DNA from: Nemertoderma westbladi
Lineage: Eukaryota > Animalia > Xenacoelomorpha
Length of the DNA stretch: 64,000 nt
Assembly (NCBI GenBank): GCA_032718475.1
Contig: JAUCBJ010006587.1
Coordinates: 65,640-129,639 of the forward strand
Direction: 5' to 3'
Part shown: in pieces, positions 47,705 through 60,678 of the stretch
Numbering within the stretch: the first letter of the stretch is position 1
How the letters are laid out: each line of letters starts with the position of its first letter
Notes under the pieces: generated by a model
Told to the model about the DNA's origin: nothing
Database searches by the model: none
The model's input: the letters and a program-made list of their open reading frames with translations, nothing else
Made by a program: the position numbers and the translations under genes

Positions 47705-48821
47705 TGTTCGCGCTTTCAGACCTTTAGCAGTTTAACCTGCCAAATTTAGATGTCTTCTAGATTATAAATCGACTTTAGCCTATGACGAGTATTTGATACA
47801 CTACATTAGCCGAAGCCAGTCTATGCGCGACCATTCACCCGCTGGATATACCCGGGAGACTGGATTCGGAAGCTTTGACCTTATTGCGGTGTAGGCCTAC
47901 TGTATTATTCGACTGATCGTTAATATATAATTTCTGACAAATATTATTCACTTTCGGGAAATATCAACAGTTCCTTTAGGACGTGGCGCTCTAAGTATGT
48001 AAACAGAGTTATGACTTACACTAAACACAACGGGATGGCTATTGATTCACGTATAAAGCGCATTCTTTAGGAGATGCTTTGTTATCAGTCACAATCATGC
48101 ACACTACCGCACAATGCTGCACACCGATCTGCCGACCTTCACTAATTTTAGTCACATATAAAGAGAACAGCAACCGACACATATAGTGCCTATGAAATAG
48201 CATTAGATTCACTCCAAAACCACTTTAATGTAAGTCGCAATTGTTATATGTAACCGGTCTCTTACCTTCAGTATATCAAGAAGATTGGGGTTTTATGATT
48301 ATTTATCGATATTATCCAAATATAACAATATTCCATCAACTGATATAATTAATAACTGACAGTAAATAGCAGTAAAAATGCGGTGTTTGTAGGTGACAAT
48401 ATGATTTGTAACAATATGAATTGCGTTGATATGAGGTGCGATGGGTAGGATAACAGTTATACGTTTCTATAATCAAGCACACACTGACTGAATTGCGTGA
48501 GTTTCTGTATACAATGTCCAACACAGAGTAAAAAACGCTCTGATTGGTCGACTGAACAAAGAACGAACAAAGAACAAAGAAAAAGTTACACGTGGACACA
48601 GCTGATAGATGTCGTCATCTGAGTTCCGATATTTAGAGCATTTGGCTTATTGCGACATAAAATCGCTAGTTATGTCCGCTAAAGTACACATACAGAAGAA
48701 ATGGCTTTTTATGTCCACTAAAACACCGGTACAGTAAGGAAACGGCTTTTTATGTCCGTTAAAACAACTACAGAGTACTTTGCGGGGAAAATAACCAACT
48801 AATTCCGCAAAAGCCTTTACA
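47705..48821 (-). repeat. 3' LTR of C
   Basis: Near-identical to 59562-60678; adjacent to the PPT. Confidence 0.95.
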
Positions 48822-48899
48822 CCGCTCCCAGAAAATGGGATTTAATTCTATAAAATATAAAAAATCACACTTTCTAAAATATAAAAATACTCTAAACAG

Positions 48900-50061
48900 T
48901 TAGTCTTTCTTACGCGGACGGCGTTTACGCAGTTTTTTGAGGCTAGCAAGAGTCCTTTTCTCTTTGGGGCGAGCCACTTTACTAGGAGGGCTATAACTCC
49001 TGGGTGAAGGGTGCAATACAATTGCGTCAGAAGGTTTAGGATTACGATCGGTGTATCCGCCGGTCGAGGTACCTGGTTGATCGATATCAACTTCAGTGGA
49101 GCGAGGTCTAACGGCCTTTAGGGCGCGTCTTAGGACAGCAGCTCCTACTGGTCCCTGACGAGTCGTCTGGACAATAGCGGTAGGTGGACCGTGAGTGGTG
49201 AGAAACTTCCTCGGTTTAATGGTTCTTTCCAGCTCGCGTTCTCGGGCTCGATATTCGTAGGGCCGTCGAGATACTTCCTGTAACTCAGGGTGCGAGTTGA
49301 TAAATAAATCGCCATACTCAGGGTCTTGACGGATGAAATTGATCAAATGGTATGAATTAATATCGTTAGGATTGACGTTCCTGAGATATTTTCGAACAAA
49401 TTTGGTGGAAATACACTCACCAACAAGCTTCATTAGTTCGTAACTCGGTGTGCGTGTTTTTTGTTCAACAGACGCGAATAGACAACGACAGGTAGTGGTC
49501 GATCAGCGGTAAGATACATCATAGTGAAATAGAGTCGTTTGAGGTATACCTCAAATGATCATGATGTATACCTTGAGGATATCGAGTTTCTAGATTTTGT
49601 TGACTGGCAATATTGAGATATGTTTCTCTCAGGAATTCCAGATAATCGTTGAAGTCGCTGCGTTTATCCGGCTCTTCAATGTCTTCCCTTTCGAGTCTAC
49701 CGAGAATAGAATTCTCGTGTTCTATTCTCGGTTTATCGTTCCGACTCCGCTGGGTATGATATTTAAATAAAACCATTTCCCTTTCGGTGTCTACATCGTC
49801 CGTATCGTGTAAATCGATAGGATGGCCAGTAGTTAAGAAGTCCATATACGTACCATTACGATGCGTATAGCGAGCGGTGAATTTTCTATAATCCAATTCA
49901 CGCGTAAGTTGCTCCTGGGACATTGGCGGTTCGATATAACGACCATCGTCCTCCGTAGTAGTTGGACCAGCGTTGCCGCGTATCAAGCTATCAACAAACG
50001 CTTGTAAAGGTAGAGTATATCGCTCCCTGATACCAAAATCATCTTCTATCAACTCAGTCAT
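48900..50061 (-). pseudogene. Extra ORF of element C in two fragments (50061-49519 and 49433-48900)
   Basis: N-terminus MTELIEDD.. and basic C-terminus are shared with A/B; the middle part differs. Confidence 0.7.
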
Positions 50062-51703
50062 ATCTGCTATATGAGTTTATCAATATTATATTGAGTTTAT
50101 ATTTAGGCTAGCGGGCGTCGCTGCCTACCCCTCTCTGCCCCCGGACAGTGCAAGATCCTCAGCGCCGATGTACCGTCGTCGCTGTGTTTTCGCCAACGTA
50201 GTAGCTACACAACGACAACGATAACCGGCACAAGTCACTCCACTGTCCGTCCCAAAGGCTTAGATTTACTTCAGGTTCTTGCTGCAGAGTTAGGGCTACT
50301 TTCACAATTGCGACTCGCTACTGTAAACACACTTTAGTAGTAACATTCACCTATAAACGCACAAATTCCACACAACTGTCACAAATTGTACACATTCGGG
50401 CCATTTGTCCGTTAGTCAAGTGCCTTCCAGAATGCCACGTTATTATTATGTATCCGTATCCTTGGATACTAGCAGTGTGCTATTTATTCCCTATGCTATT
50501 CAATGGGGCAAGCTTTCTATTGTTCTTTTAACTCACTTCTAATTCTAGCGTGGTTGTTGCTATGGTGACATTATGGAAAGCTAGCGGTAGAATTAGGGTA
50601 ATTCTCATGCATACAGATCTGGGATGCTATTTAATAGTAATTCTTTAATTGTCAATATCCCCTTTATACATGATTTTATGAATTTTATCGGCTATTGACT
50701 ATATATTGGAGATTCTCGCACACTAATACACTTAATAGGGTGAATCTCCGCTCCCATGATCTATTAATTTATGGAATTTTGGGAATGTTATAAATTGTAT
50801 AAAAATGACAATTTATCAAATTCATTAAAACATGAATTTAAATTTATTCCCGTAAATTTTATTATTTAATATTAAATAGACACAATTTTATTCCAGAACA
50901 TGACTGGGGACTAGGATCCTTGATTCTAGGAAATTGGTCTTTTTAAGAATATCGGTAAGTGCTACGATATCTTAATAGACTAGAATTTTAAAGGATCTAA
51001 AATTTGACAGATTTTATAAATATTAATAGTTAATATTTAGGATGGGCACCAATTTATTCCAGAACTTGTCTGGGGACGTTAACCACTGATTCTAGAGTTT
51101 TGTCTTTCAAGTATATCGGTGGGTGCCGCGATATCTTAATCGACTAGAATTACAAATGGTCAAAGGGTTTAACAGATTTATTTGCATTGTACGCTACTGT
51201 TAAAGGGACATCACGCTACTATATGTATTATTTAATATACGGTATGAGAGCAATATCGCAAGAAGCAATGTCAGTGAGAAGAGGCAAGTCGTTTCCAAAG
51301 TCTACCCAGAGCTTGGTTTAGCCGAGACACGAGGATCTGAATTTTGCATTCCTAATACTCTACTTACCAATAATACTTGAATATAGTAGGAGCTTTATTG
51401 TACTTTAATAAGTACGGATATTTCATCTTACTGTAGTCATGTATTTATAATATAATACGGACAGTAAGGAAAGAGAAAAATAATTATTTCTCGCCGTCGC
51501 ACTAAATATATAATATATAAGTAATTAAGTAATAAACGCGAATATATATGGCACTAATCTACTAAATAATCGCTAAAATAACCTTCTACTAAATAAAATT
51601 AAAGAAAACGATTATAATAAAATTACATAATAATACATACATAAGTATAAAAATAATGAAACAAACATAAAATAATATAGTCACACACCCACTCCAGACG
51701 CTG

Positions 51704-52132
51704 TTACGTTGGGGAGTCCCTAGATGTTTGTTGGATTAGGGAGGTGGTCGTGGGAAGAGTATCTTGCCTTCCATAGTTTCCGGAGAGTTCTCTGTCTCTT
51801 TCCAGTAAACATAAACGACCAACTGGGCGATTGAGCTGCTGTGTCTCGAAGACAATTCCCGGTTTCTTAAAGTTACGTGGAAGATCTGAATCCACAATAA
51901 GGACCATGTCTCCAGCGCTGACGTTTTCTTGCTGCGCAAACCACTTAGTTCGAAGTTGTAGCGCGGGCAGATAATGTTTTTCGAAATGGTCAGCGAAACG
52001 ACGGGATAACAACTGCATAAGTTGCCAAGTTTGCCGGCAGTATTCGTCTCCGTCTGTGATTTCCGATCGTGGGAGCATGGCTACGGGTTTCTTCAGTAGG
52101 AAGTGCGCGGGTGTTAGCGCTTCTCCCATCAT
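51704..52132 (-). CDS. C-terminal remnant of BEL/Pao integrase region (DUF5641-like)
   Basis: ALTPAHFL...YLPALQLRTKW...GDMVLI...LNRPVGRLCLL, typical of the end of Pao pol. Confidence 0.8.
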   Translation of the reverse strand: MMGEALTPAHFLLKKPVAMLPRSEITDGDEYCRQTWQLMQLLSRRFADHFEKHYLPALQLRTKWFAQQENVSAGDMVLIVDSDLPRNFKKPGIVFETQQLNRPVGRLCLLERDRELSGNYGRQDTLPTTTSLIQQTSRDSPT

Positions 52133-55100
52133 TCATCCTCTTCTTTGCTTAGGAAGTCGGGTCCACCTAACCAGTCTGGAGTATCTATCAGTTCTTGTGG
52201 AGTTGCTCCCCTGGAGGCGATGTCTGCTGGATTAATCGTTCCGGGGCAATGTCTCCATTGATCCATCTTCGTGCGACTAAGTATAATGGCTACTCTGTTG
52301 GTAACGAAGATGCTGAACTGACAGACTTCATTGGTTATATACTCCAACACGAGTAAAGCATCGGTCCAATAGACAGTTTTCTCCAGTGGATATTCGATCT
52401 GTTCTGTTACATTCCGGCCGATGGCTGCCGCTTTTAACTCCGCTCGAGGAACTTTCAACTTGTTGTTTATCAATGCCTTAGAGGTTACCAAGGCAACTTT
52501 GATTCCATCCGGAGTTTCAACTCTCAGGTAGGCTACTATACCTATTCCCATATCGCTGGCGTCTCCAAACACATGGAGTTGATAGGAATACGTAGGGAGA
52601 ACATGACCAAAATATGAACGGGAAATTATAATGTTCTCGATGGCTGGTAGAGAATCTTCCCATTTCATCCACTTCTTTAATAGTTCTCCCTTAAGTGGAT
52701 CGTCCCATGAGTGGTTTTCAAGCCACATTTGTTGTACTAAACTCCGAGCAATCCGTATAACTGGGCTAATAAATCCCAATGGATCGAAATAAGTGCTCAG
52801 GATACTTAAACAAATCCGTTTAGTCCGAACTGGATTATCTCGCTGTTTGAGCTGGAAAAACAGGATATCTCTCTCTGTGTCCCATTTCAAACCAAGTGTT
52901 TTGGTTTCTGGAAGATCGTCTTTGATTAGGTCTAGATCTTTCGCTCCTCGATCTTCTACCGGGATCGATTCCAGAAACTCACGGGAGTTGCTGGTGAATT
53001 TAGTTAATCGAAATCCACCTCTTTTTAAGCACTCTACCGTTCCTTTGGCGACATCAATGGCTTCTTCCACTGATGGGAGGGACTTTAAATTGTCGTCCAT
53101 GTATATATCCTGTTTGATGTTGTCGATCACCTCTTTAGAGAAGGCGTCCCGGTTGTCATCAGCAGTGGTTCGCACCACTGAGCAGGCGTTTGAAGGGCTT
53201 GAGATGATCCCAAAAGCCTGGATGGTCATCCAGTACTCCACCGGTTTCTGGTTGAGGTCTCCTTCAGGCCACCACAGAAATCGTAGGCTGTCTCGATCCC
53301 TATCCAGCGCCTTGACTTGTAAGAACATGCCTTCTATATCGGAGGCGAAAGCGATTGAATATTGTCGTAATCTTAAGAGTATTCCCAACAAGGATTGGAG
53401 TAAGTTGGGTCCTGGTAACAACTCGGAATTAAGGGATTGGCCCATGTAGAGGGCGGAGCCGTCAAATACTACTCGTACCTCATGGGGTTTACCGGGTTTG
53501 GGAACGTAATGATGTGTTAAATAGTACGTTCTCTCAGTTAGGGGTGTTTCTTCCGGTACTCGCTCCGCATATCCCTTGTTAATAAATTTCTTCAACTGAG
53601 TCTGATACATTTCTTTAGCTGAAGCATTTGCCGTAAGGCGTCGATGTCGTTGAGCAATTCTTTTCTCCGCCAAGGGTCGGTTGTTTATGAATTTTGGTTC
53701 TCGCTTTCGGAATGGTAGACCGATTTCATATCTACCTTGATCTTTAAGAAAACGTATAGTTGTCTCCTGGATCTGCTTGGCTCTTTCTTCTTCTACCGAT
53801 AGGGCCTTATCGTAGGAATTGGGCTCTACAGCCTCTTGAGTAAAGAATCGTACGGCGTGTTCATCCCGAGTCTTCGCGTTATAGCGCTCGATTACGTCAT
53901 TCAGTTCGTCGTTATAGTCGACTTGTCCTGATGGACAAATGAGTTGACATAGGTTCACTTGGTTTTGCCAAGTCTCGTTTTCCGTAAGGAGATCGATGGT
54001 ATTCTCCTCGTCGAAGATTTGGTGGATATCGTCATTATCTGAGGAGTATGGTGTTCCCTCAGTTGGGTCGTCAACTTCACTGCTCTCCACTTCCCATTCA
54101 CTTACTTGATATACCTGTTCTTTTGGTAACCTTTCCATGAGAGTTCTACGGGAAGGGCCAGTAAAGTACCAACCTACTCTAGTTCTTCCCGCATAGGCTT
54201 GTAATGGTTGCGGTTGAGCAGGCCGTTTCTCCAATGTCTCAAGCGCCTCATGCGCATTTTGGCCGATGAGTATTTGCACTCCAGGGTAATCTGTGTTGAA
54301 TCTAGGTATATTAAGCTGCTGGGTGGAATCGTCGTCATCCCAGTTATAAGGTTCTACTTGGCTGGTAGCGAAGTTCTTTATCGCCACCATTTTTACTGAC
54401 CTTATACTGTGTTCTCCTAGTTCATCCTGGGGGGTGGACAATGCACCTACATAATAATCCGCTATTACTGTAGATTTCCAAACCTGCATAATTCCTGACA
54501 TGTTTAACTTAGTTTGGAACTTGGGTTGTCCAGCAAAGATGTCTTCGGCTAGTTCTTTGTCGATGAATGTTCCTGTGCTACCGGAGTCAAGGAGGGCATT
54601 CACTATATAACTCCTTTTAGGTCCGTGGACCCTCAACTGTACTACGGGAAATTCTCGGATTCCTACATTGGAAGTTGGTGCTTTCCAAGATGGTTGTCGG
54701 TCAGAAGTAGTTAGGGGGAGCTCGCTATCGGTGTCCTTTTCATACGTAAGTGCTCGATACACTGCGGTATTTATCAGGTAACAGGATTCGTTTTCATCGG
54801 AGAATTCGTCCGTATAGAATCCTTCCATATCAGAACTTTGGTCAGTGTCGTTCACATCACTGAATTGGACATGTAGTTCGGAATCACTTACCTGACTCGG
54901 GCTGTTTCGTTCGAATTCAGTATGCAACAAGAGATGATGTTTTGCGCCGCACTTCGCACACCTTGCGTCGGAGTAACAGGTTCGCCGTTGGTGTCCTTGT
55001 CTGAGGCAATTATAACACAACCGCTTATCCCACATGACTTCCCGTCTATCCTTTAATGATTTCTTTAGGAATTCATCACACACATTCAAACGGTGGGGCC

Positions 55101-56307
55101 CGTCACACAGCGCACATTTCGGTTTGATGTTACTTACCTTATTCTGAGTAACGTTGTGTACACTCGTTCTTTCCTCAGGCTTTCTTACATGAATTCTCTT
55201 AGGAGACGTAGGAGGAGTTTTTCTTACCTGTTCTCTCCTGTCATTGGTTCGAGACTTGAATTTACTTACGTCTTTAGGCGTTTTGTTGACATAGTAAGAT
55301 CTTTCAGTGTCTTTCCCGCTGTCTTCTTCTTGAGAAGCCTGGCTTTCGCCGTCGTCGGTATAACACACTGGTGTTACCTTTCTCCTAGAAACGGGTTTCT
55401 CACTTACCTTATTTTCCGTTGTCTTCTCTCTGGACTGCTTTAGGAGCTGTAGTTTTACCTCGCCATCCAAGAATGACATGAGATCAGCCATGGTAGGGTC
55501 TCGTCGTTGTTGTTCCATCATATATAACACTTTCTTGTCCCAGCGTGTACCTACTCCACCCTTTGGTAAAGTAGAGGCCACAGCTCCAATAACCATAGAA
55601 CTCTGATATTCATGAGACTTACCTAGCCAATCTAATTGTCTGCAGATCTCCTGGATCTCATCGGAAAACTCGATAATTCCGCTACTAATAAACTTTCGGG
55701 GCGCTACTAACTTGGCATACAAGTACCCAGCGATATTATTCCTATTACCATACCTGATGTTTAGTGTATCCCAAACTTGTCTTAATCCGTCTGGATGTCC
55801 AATAAACTTTAACGCCATTAACTTGGGAGATCCTTCCAAGCACTCGATGAGGTATCTCAGTTTTTCTCCATTAGATAGTACAGAGTTCTGTATGTTATCT
55901 TTGTAATATTCATTAAAAGGTAACCATTTCATCTCATCTCCATTGAACTTGACGATCTCTCCAACCTTTACCGCTTGCCGGGCTTCGGTTCTAGCCATTT
56001 GACGCGTAAAACTTTCTTGGGCCATTGTGCTATTTAATATCGAGTTATCGGTATATAAATTTCTCGGATTATGATCCGGTCTATAGGGAATATCACTATC
56101 AACAGGTCTATAATTACCCTTAATAGGGTTCACTATAGGAGTTTCTACTTCGCTAGCAGTATAGATGCGTGTAGGCTCCACACCTTGCGCATGAAATACT
56201 TCAGACCTAACAGGTTGACACATTGTTACAGGGGGTGGTGTTATACCCTTTTGTGTATTTACTAATTTATCGCGTTCTAACGCGATACTTTGCTGCACTT
56301 CTTGCAA
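52129..56307 (-). CDS. pol: Element C Gag core-protease-RT-RNase H polyprotein (1392 aa)
   Basis: Zinc knuckles, ALLDSGST, VRVVFDGS, DIEGMFLQV, YMDD, LGLKWD, FDPLG, LHVFGDAS, PRAEL, YWTDA. Confidence 0.95.
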   Translation of the reverse strand: MQEVQQSIALERDKLVNTQKGITPPPVTMCQPVRSEVFHAQGVEPTRIYTASEVETPIVNPIKGNYRPVDSDIPYRPDHNPRNLYTDNSILNSTMAQESFTRQMARTEARQAVKVGEIVKFNGDEMKWLPFNEYYKDNIQNSVLSNGEKLRYLIECLEGSPKLMALKFIGHPDGLRQVWDTLNIRYGNRNNIAGYLYAKLVAPRKFISSGIIEFSDEIQEICRQLDWLGKSHEYQSSMVIGAVASTLPKGGVGTRWDKKVLYMMEQQRRDPTMADLMSFLDGEVKLQLLKQSREKTTENKVSEKPVSRRKVTPVCYTDDGESQASQEEDSGKDTERSYYVNKTPKDVSKFKSRTNDRREQVRKTPPTSPKRIHVRKPEERTSVHNVTQNKVSNIKPKCALCDGPHRLNVCDEFLKKSLKDRREVMWDKRLCYNCLRQGHQRRTCYSDARCAKCGAKHHLLLHTEFERNSPSQVSDSELHVQFSDVNDTDQSSDMEGFYTDEFSDENESCYLINTAVYRALTYEKDTDSELPLTTSDRQPSWKAPTSNVGIREFPVVQLRVHGPKRSYIVNALLDSGSTGTFIDKELAEDIFAGQPKFQTKLNMSGIMQVWKSTVIADYYVGALSTPQDELGEHSIRSVKMVAIKNFATSQVEPYNWDDDDSTQQLNIPRFNTDYPGVQILIGQNAHEALETLEKRPAQPQPLQAYAGRTRVGWYFTGPSRRTLMERLPKEQVYQVSEWEVESSEVDDPTEGTPYSSDNDDIHQIFDEENTIDLLTENETWQNQVNLCQLICPSGQVDYNDELNDVIERYNAKTRDEHAVRFFTQEAVEPNSYDKALSVEEERAKQIQETTIRFLKDQGRYEIGLPFRKREPKFINNRPLAEKRIAQRHRRLTANASAKEMYQTQLKKFINKGYAERVPEETPLTERTYYLTHHYVPKPGKPHEVRVVFDGSALYMGQSLNSELLPGPNLLQSLLGILLRLRQYSIAFASDIEGMFLQVKALDRDRDSLRFLWWPEGDLNQKPVEYWMTIQAFGIISSPSNACSVVRTTADDNRDAFSKEVIDNIKQDIYMDDNLKSLPSVEEAIDVAKGTVECLKRGGFRLTKFTSNSREFLESIPVEDRGAKDLDLIKDDLPETKTLGLKWDTERDILFFQLKQRDNPVRTKRICLSILSTYFDPLGFISPVIRIARSLVQQMWLENHSWDDPLKGELLKKWMKWEDSLPAIENIIISRSYFGHVLPTYSYQLHVFGDASDMGIGIVAYLRVETPDGIKVALVTSKALINNKLKVPRAELKAAAIGRNVTEQIEYPLEKTVYWTDALLVLEYITNEVCQFSIFVTNRVAIILSRTKMDQWRHCPGTINPADIASRGATPQELIDTPDWLGGPDFLSKEEDE

Positions 56308-56335
56308 CTCTAACCTACTTTCCCTTACTGTTCCC

Positions 56336-58305
56336 TTAAACTGATGAACATTTCTCCTGCATCTGCCCGAGCAGGAGATTCATCCCCCGCCGCCCCTCAT
56401 CCACCCACTCGACCGCCGAAGCGGGAGCCGCCAACATAGTAGCGGGCAGACGAGGGACAACGGGCGACAAATCATTGATATTTCGCTCGGAGTCCAGGAC
56501 AGGAACTATCTCAGGGGTTGCTCTTCTGTGGGGCACAGGTAGTTTAGTGCTGTGCAAAGGGAATTTAGAGGTAGGTTCTGGGAGTACAGGTGTCTCTATC
56601 ACCGAAGGGGAGGCTTCGAGAACAGGCCTAATTATTTCAGGCTCATCTACTATAGTAGGGAGTCTTTCTATTTTAATTATTTGGTCTGTGGGTTCTGTAC
56701 TACCTAAGTCTGTGTTAGTTAGTTGCCTTCTAACAGCTGGGGGCAAGTCAGGCAATTTCTGACGGTGGGACATTCTTCTACGTCTGCTTAGACGAGATCT
56801 ATTTCCTCCGCCTTCAGCATCGGTGGTATCGCCTTCCTCAGATGATGTATATCCCTGTCTTTTGGGAGTAGATCGATTCATCATCTGCATATGACTAGCT
56901 GTTAACTGTTTATTTATGCAGTCTTGATTCTCGTGAATATTTTCCAACTCTAGTTGGGTGGTCTCTTCAGACGCTCTCCTTTCTGCTTCTGCCACTGCTA
57001 ATTTTCTTTCCACTTCTGCCGCTGCCTCTGCCGCTTTTCTTTGCGCTTCTGCCTCTGCCTCTGCCGCTTTTCTTTGCGCTTCTACCGCTTTTCTTTCCGC
57101 TTCTGCCTCTGCTGCTGCCGCTGCTGCTATCTTTCTGTCTTCTATACGTTTTTTCTTTACTTGTTCTTCTTGGACTCTAGCGATGCGGAGGCTTTCATCA
57201 AATTTAGCTTGGTTCGCAGCTATCATTTCCGCATCGATTGCGTCCAACACAAGCTTGGTTCCTTCACTATTAGGGCGAAGTCCAGACAGCCGTCTCCTCA
57301 ACTCTTCGTCACCTAGAAATCGTTGATAGTCTGACAGATAGATGTCAATAGCATCCCTCTTATGCGGTGTTTCTGCTGTCACTTCACTTTCCACTTGGGA
57401 AAAGGTAGCGTCTGTTGATTCTCCATGGGTTGAGCACTCAGCCAGCTGAGATTTCCACTGGGCAGTTCCTTGAACTTGGAGACTCACCCGCTGAAACCAA
57501 GTCTTTACGGCAACTTGCAACGAAGTGTCTTGTCTTCTTTTCGAAGCCTCCTCAAAGGCCGATAAGATTAGTCTGATTCTTAGAATTCTTTCTCTAACTT
57601 GATAAAGCAGCTCTCCCTGCTCTTGAGGTCCTTGGGGTTGTCGAAACAGTTGTTCCTCTAATCGCTCCATAGAGCTGAAGAATCCCTGTATGTATCCTGC
57701 TGCTGACCTCTTCCACACAGCTGGATCGCTGGTTTCTTTTGACACTCCCATCCTGTGTATGTCTTCCCAGGCAACTTCCGATAAGTCAAACGGGAGTCCG
57801 GGTCCGGGGAAGTTCCATTGCGACTCGACAATAGACTTCAGTTCTTCCCTTGTGTATCCCGCATAACTATCCTTGGTCGATCGCTTACTTCTCGCCCAAT
57901 CAATCTGGTGTTCCTCCACCGCAATCAATACCCTAGTGAGTACGCTGCAGGAAGGATGAGAAGGGGATCCGAATAAACCGCATCTGCCATCTTTGCTCCG
58001 CGCTCGGGTGTCAGCTCTACAGTATCCGCACTACTGGAGCTGTCGGGCCGTTGAGAAATAAGTTCTCGGCTCGAGTGTTGCTGCTGTTCTGCTGCTTCTT
58101 GGTCCCGCTTGACCTGAGCTCGAGTGCCTATGATAGACCTACGGTGTTGGACTAGCCTAGGGTCTGATACTACTACTGGAGGGATGATCTTTCTTACGGT
58201 AGGAGGTGAATTGAACTTCGTTCGCACACGTTCCACACTCCTGTCTGGGTCACAGATGGTTGTATCTAGGAGACTGTCTGACAGGTTTGGCTTTGTGTCA
58301 GACAT
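56336..58305 (-). pseudogene. gag: Element C Gag N-terminal region broken by frameshifts (~57940 and ~56340)
   Basis: ORFs 57925-58305 and 56336-57928 are collinear with A and B Gag. Confidence 0.85.
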
Positions 58306-59561
58306 GTTTGTTTATACAGTTGAATGCCTACTGCTATATTACAGTTAAAGCAAGTCTAGTAATTCAGTATCACTGTTAGCCTAGTAATTAATTACCGATA
58401 TCGTTACTCTATGTAATGTGATATATATACAATATATTAGAGTACCGGTATATACTTATAGTATATATAAGTATTATTACAGACTAGGTTTGTCACAGAA
58501 TACCGGTATATAATTTCAGCACAAATATATATAAATATATAATAAGCCTATCGTGAATGCCGGTATACAGCTTACACTTATAGTATATATAAGTATAATT
58601 ATGGACTAGAATTAATTACAGAATACCGGTATATAATTTCAGCACAAATATATAGAAATATATAATAAGCCTATCGTGAATACCGGCATGTCAATTATTT
58701 TAGAATAATTGAATTTCTGAATTTTAGGGTTACTTGGTTACTTTACCTTACTTTATTACCGTTATTTAAGCAGTAGTCCAACTGATATTAAGACCTAATT
58801 GATGTATGACAGGCCTAACAACAGTCAGACAACAGTCCAGCCTACAAATTATCTAAATAAGAAATATTACGCTACCCGTACAGACTACACAAACAAAATA
58901 CAGACCAAACGCCGGCAGACTACTATCAAGCCTAAACACATACAGTATATGCAGACTCCGAAATGGTTAGTTAGTATGCGTTCTAACCGAGTAGTACGAC
59001 TTATTCTTTCGGGGGGATTTACCTCACAGCACTGGAAGCCCCTACGTTCCTAACTAGTACTTTATCGGACATACACTCTACACACACTGCAATCTCTTCA
59101 GACTTAACAACAGTCAGCCAACAGTCCAGCCTACAAATTACCTATACAATCTGAGCAGGCTTACACGCCTTCTGCTCAATATTAACTTACAAATAAATAA
59201 AACTGACAGAAATAAGTAAAATCCCAATAAAAAACCAGGGCGGCCGTCCCTGATTAAATATCAAGACCTACCAATATATAATTCACAAAATCGAATAATA
59301 CTGCTGTACCTGTACTGCTGTAAGTACCGGTCCGGGTGGTTAGGTAGTCAGGCCTACTGTTTACCGGTCGACCGGTACTTTTCGTCTTTATTGCCTACTG
59401 CAATAAAGAAGCTATAACTGTTATTGTTCTTACCAGAACAATATTAAACTGTATTTATTGCCTACACTGCAATCAGAACTTAATAACTGTTATTGTTCTT
59501 ACCAGAACAATAGTAAACTGTATTTATTGCCTACACTGCAATAAGAAATCATAACTGTTAT

Positions 59562-60678
59562 TGTTCGCGCTTTCAGACCTTTAGCAGTTTAACCTGCCAA
59601 ATTTAGATGTCTTCTAGATTATAAATCGACTTTAGCCTATGACGAGTATTTGATACACTACATTAGCCGAAGCCAGTCTATGCGCGACCATTCACCCGCT
59701 GGATATACCCGGGAGACTGGATTCGGAAGCTTTGACCTTATTGCGGTGTAGGCCTACTGTATTATTCGACTGATCGTTAATATATAATTTCTGACAAATA
59801 TTATTCACTTTCGGGAAATATCAACAGTTCCTTTAGGACGTGGCGCTCTAAGTATGTAAACAGAGTTATGACTTACACTAAACACAACGGGATGGCTATT
59901 GATTCACGTATAAAGCGCATTCTTTAGGAGATGCTTTGTTATCAGTCACAATCATGCACACTACCGCACAATGCTGCCCACCGATCTGCCGACCTTCACT
60001 AATTTTAGTCACATATAAAGAGAACAGCAACCGACACATGTAGTGCCTATGAAATAGCATTAGATTCACTCCAAAACCACTTTAATGTAAGTCGCAATTG
60101 TTATATGTAACCGGTCTCTTACCTTCAGTATATCAAGAAGATTGGGGTTTTATGATTATTTATCGATATTATCCAAATATAACAATATTCCATCAACTGA
60201 TATAATTAATAACTGACAGTAAATAGCAGTAAAAATGCGGTGTTTGTAGGTGACAATATGATTTGTAACAATATGAATTGCGTTGATATGAGGTGCGATG
60301 GGTAGGATAACAGTTATACGTTTCTATAATCAAGCACACACTGACTGAATTGCGTGAGTTTCTGTATACAATGTCCAACACAGAGTAAAAAACGCTCTGA
60401 TTGGTCGACCGAACAAAGAACGAACAAAGAACAAAGAAAAAGTTACACGTGGACACAGCTGATAGATGTCGTCATCTGAGTTCCGATGTTTAGAGCATTT
60501 GGCTTATTGCGACATAAAATCGCTAGTTATGTCCGCTAAAGTACACATACAGAAGAAATGGCTTTTTATGTCCACTAAAACACCGGTACAGTAAGGAAAC
60601 GGCTTTTTATGTCCGTTAAAACAACTACAGAGTACTTTGCGGGGAAAATAACCAGCTAATTCCGCAAAAGCCTTTACA
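59562..60678 (-). repeat. 5' LTR of C (1117 bp)
   Basis: Pairs with 47705-48821. Followed on the minus strand by ATAACAGTTAT (59561-59551). Confidence 0.95.

Larger units (their letters stand above)
47705..60678 (-). mobile_element. BEL/Pao copy C (RT and RNase H retained, integrase core deleted, gag frameshifted)
   Basis: 1117-bp LTRs, TSD TAGTT (47700-47704, 60679-60683). Confidence 0.95.
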
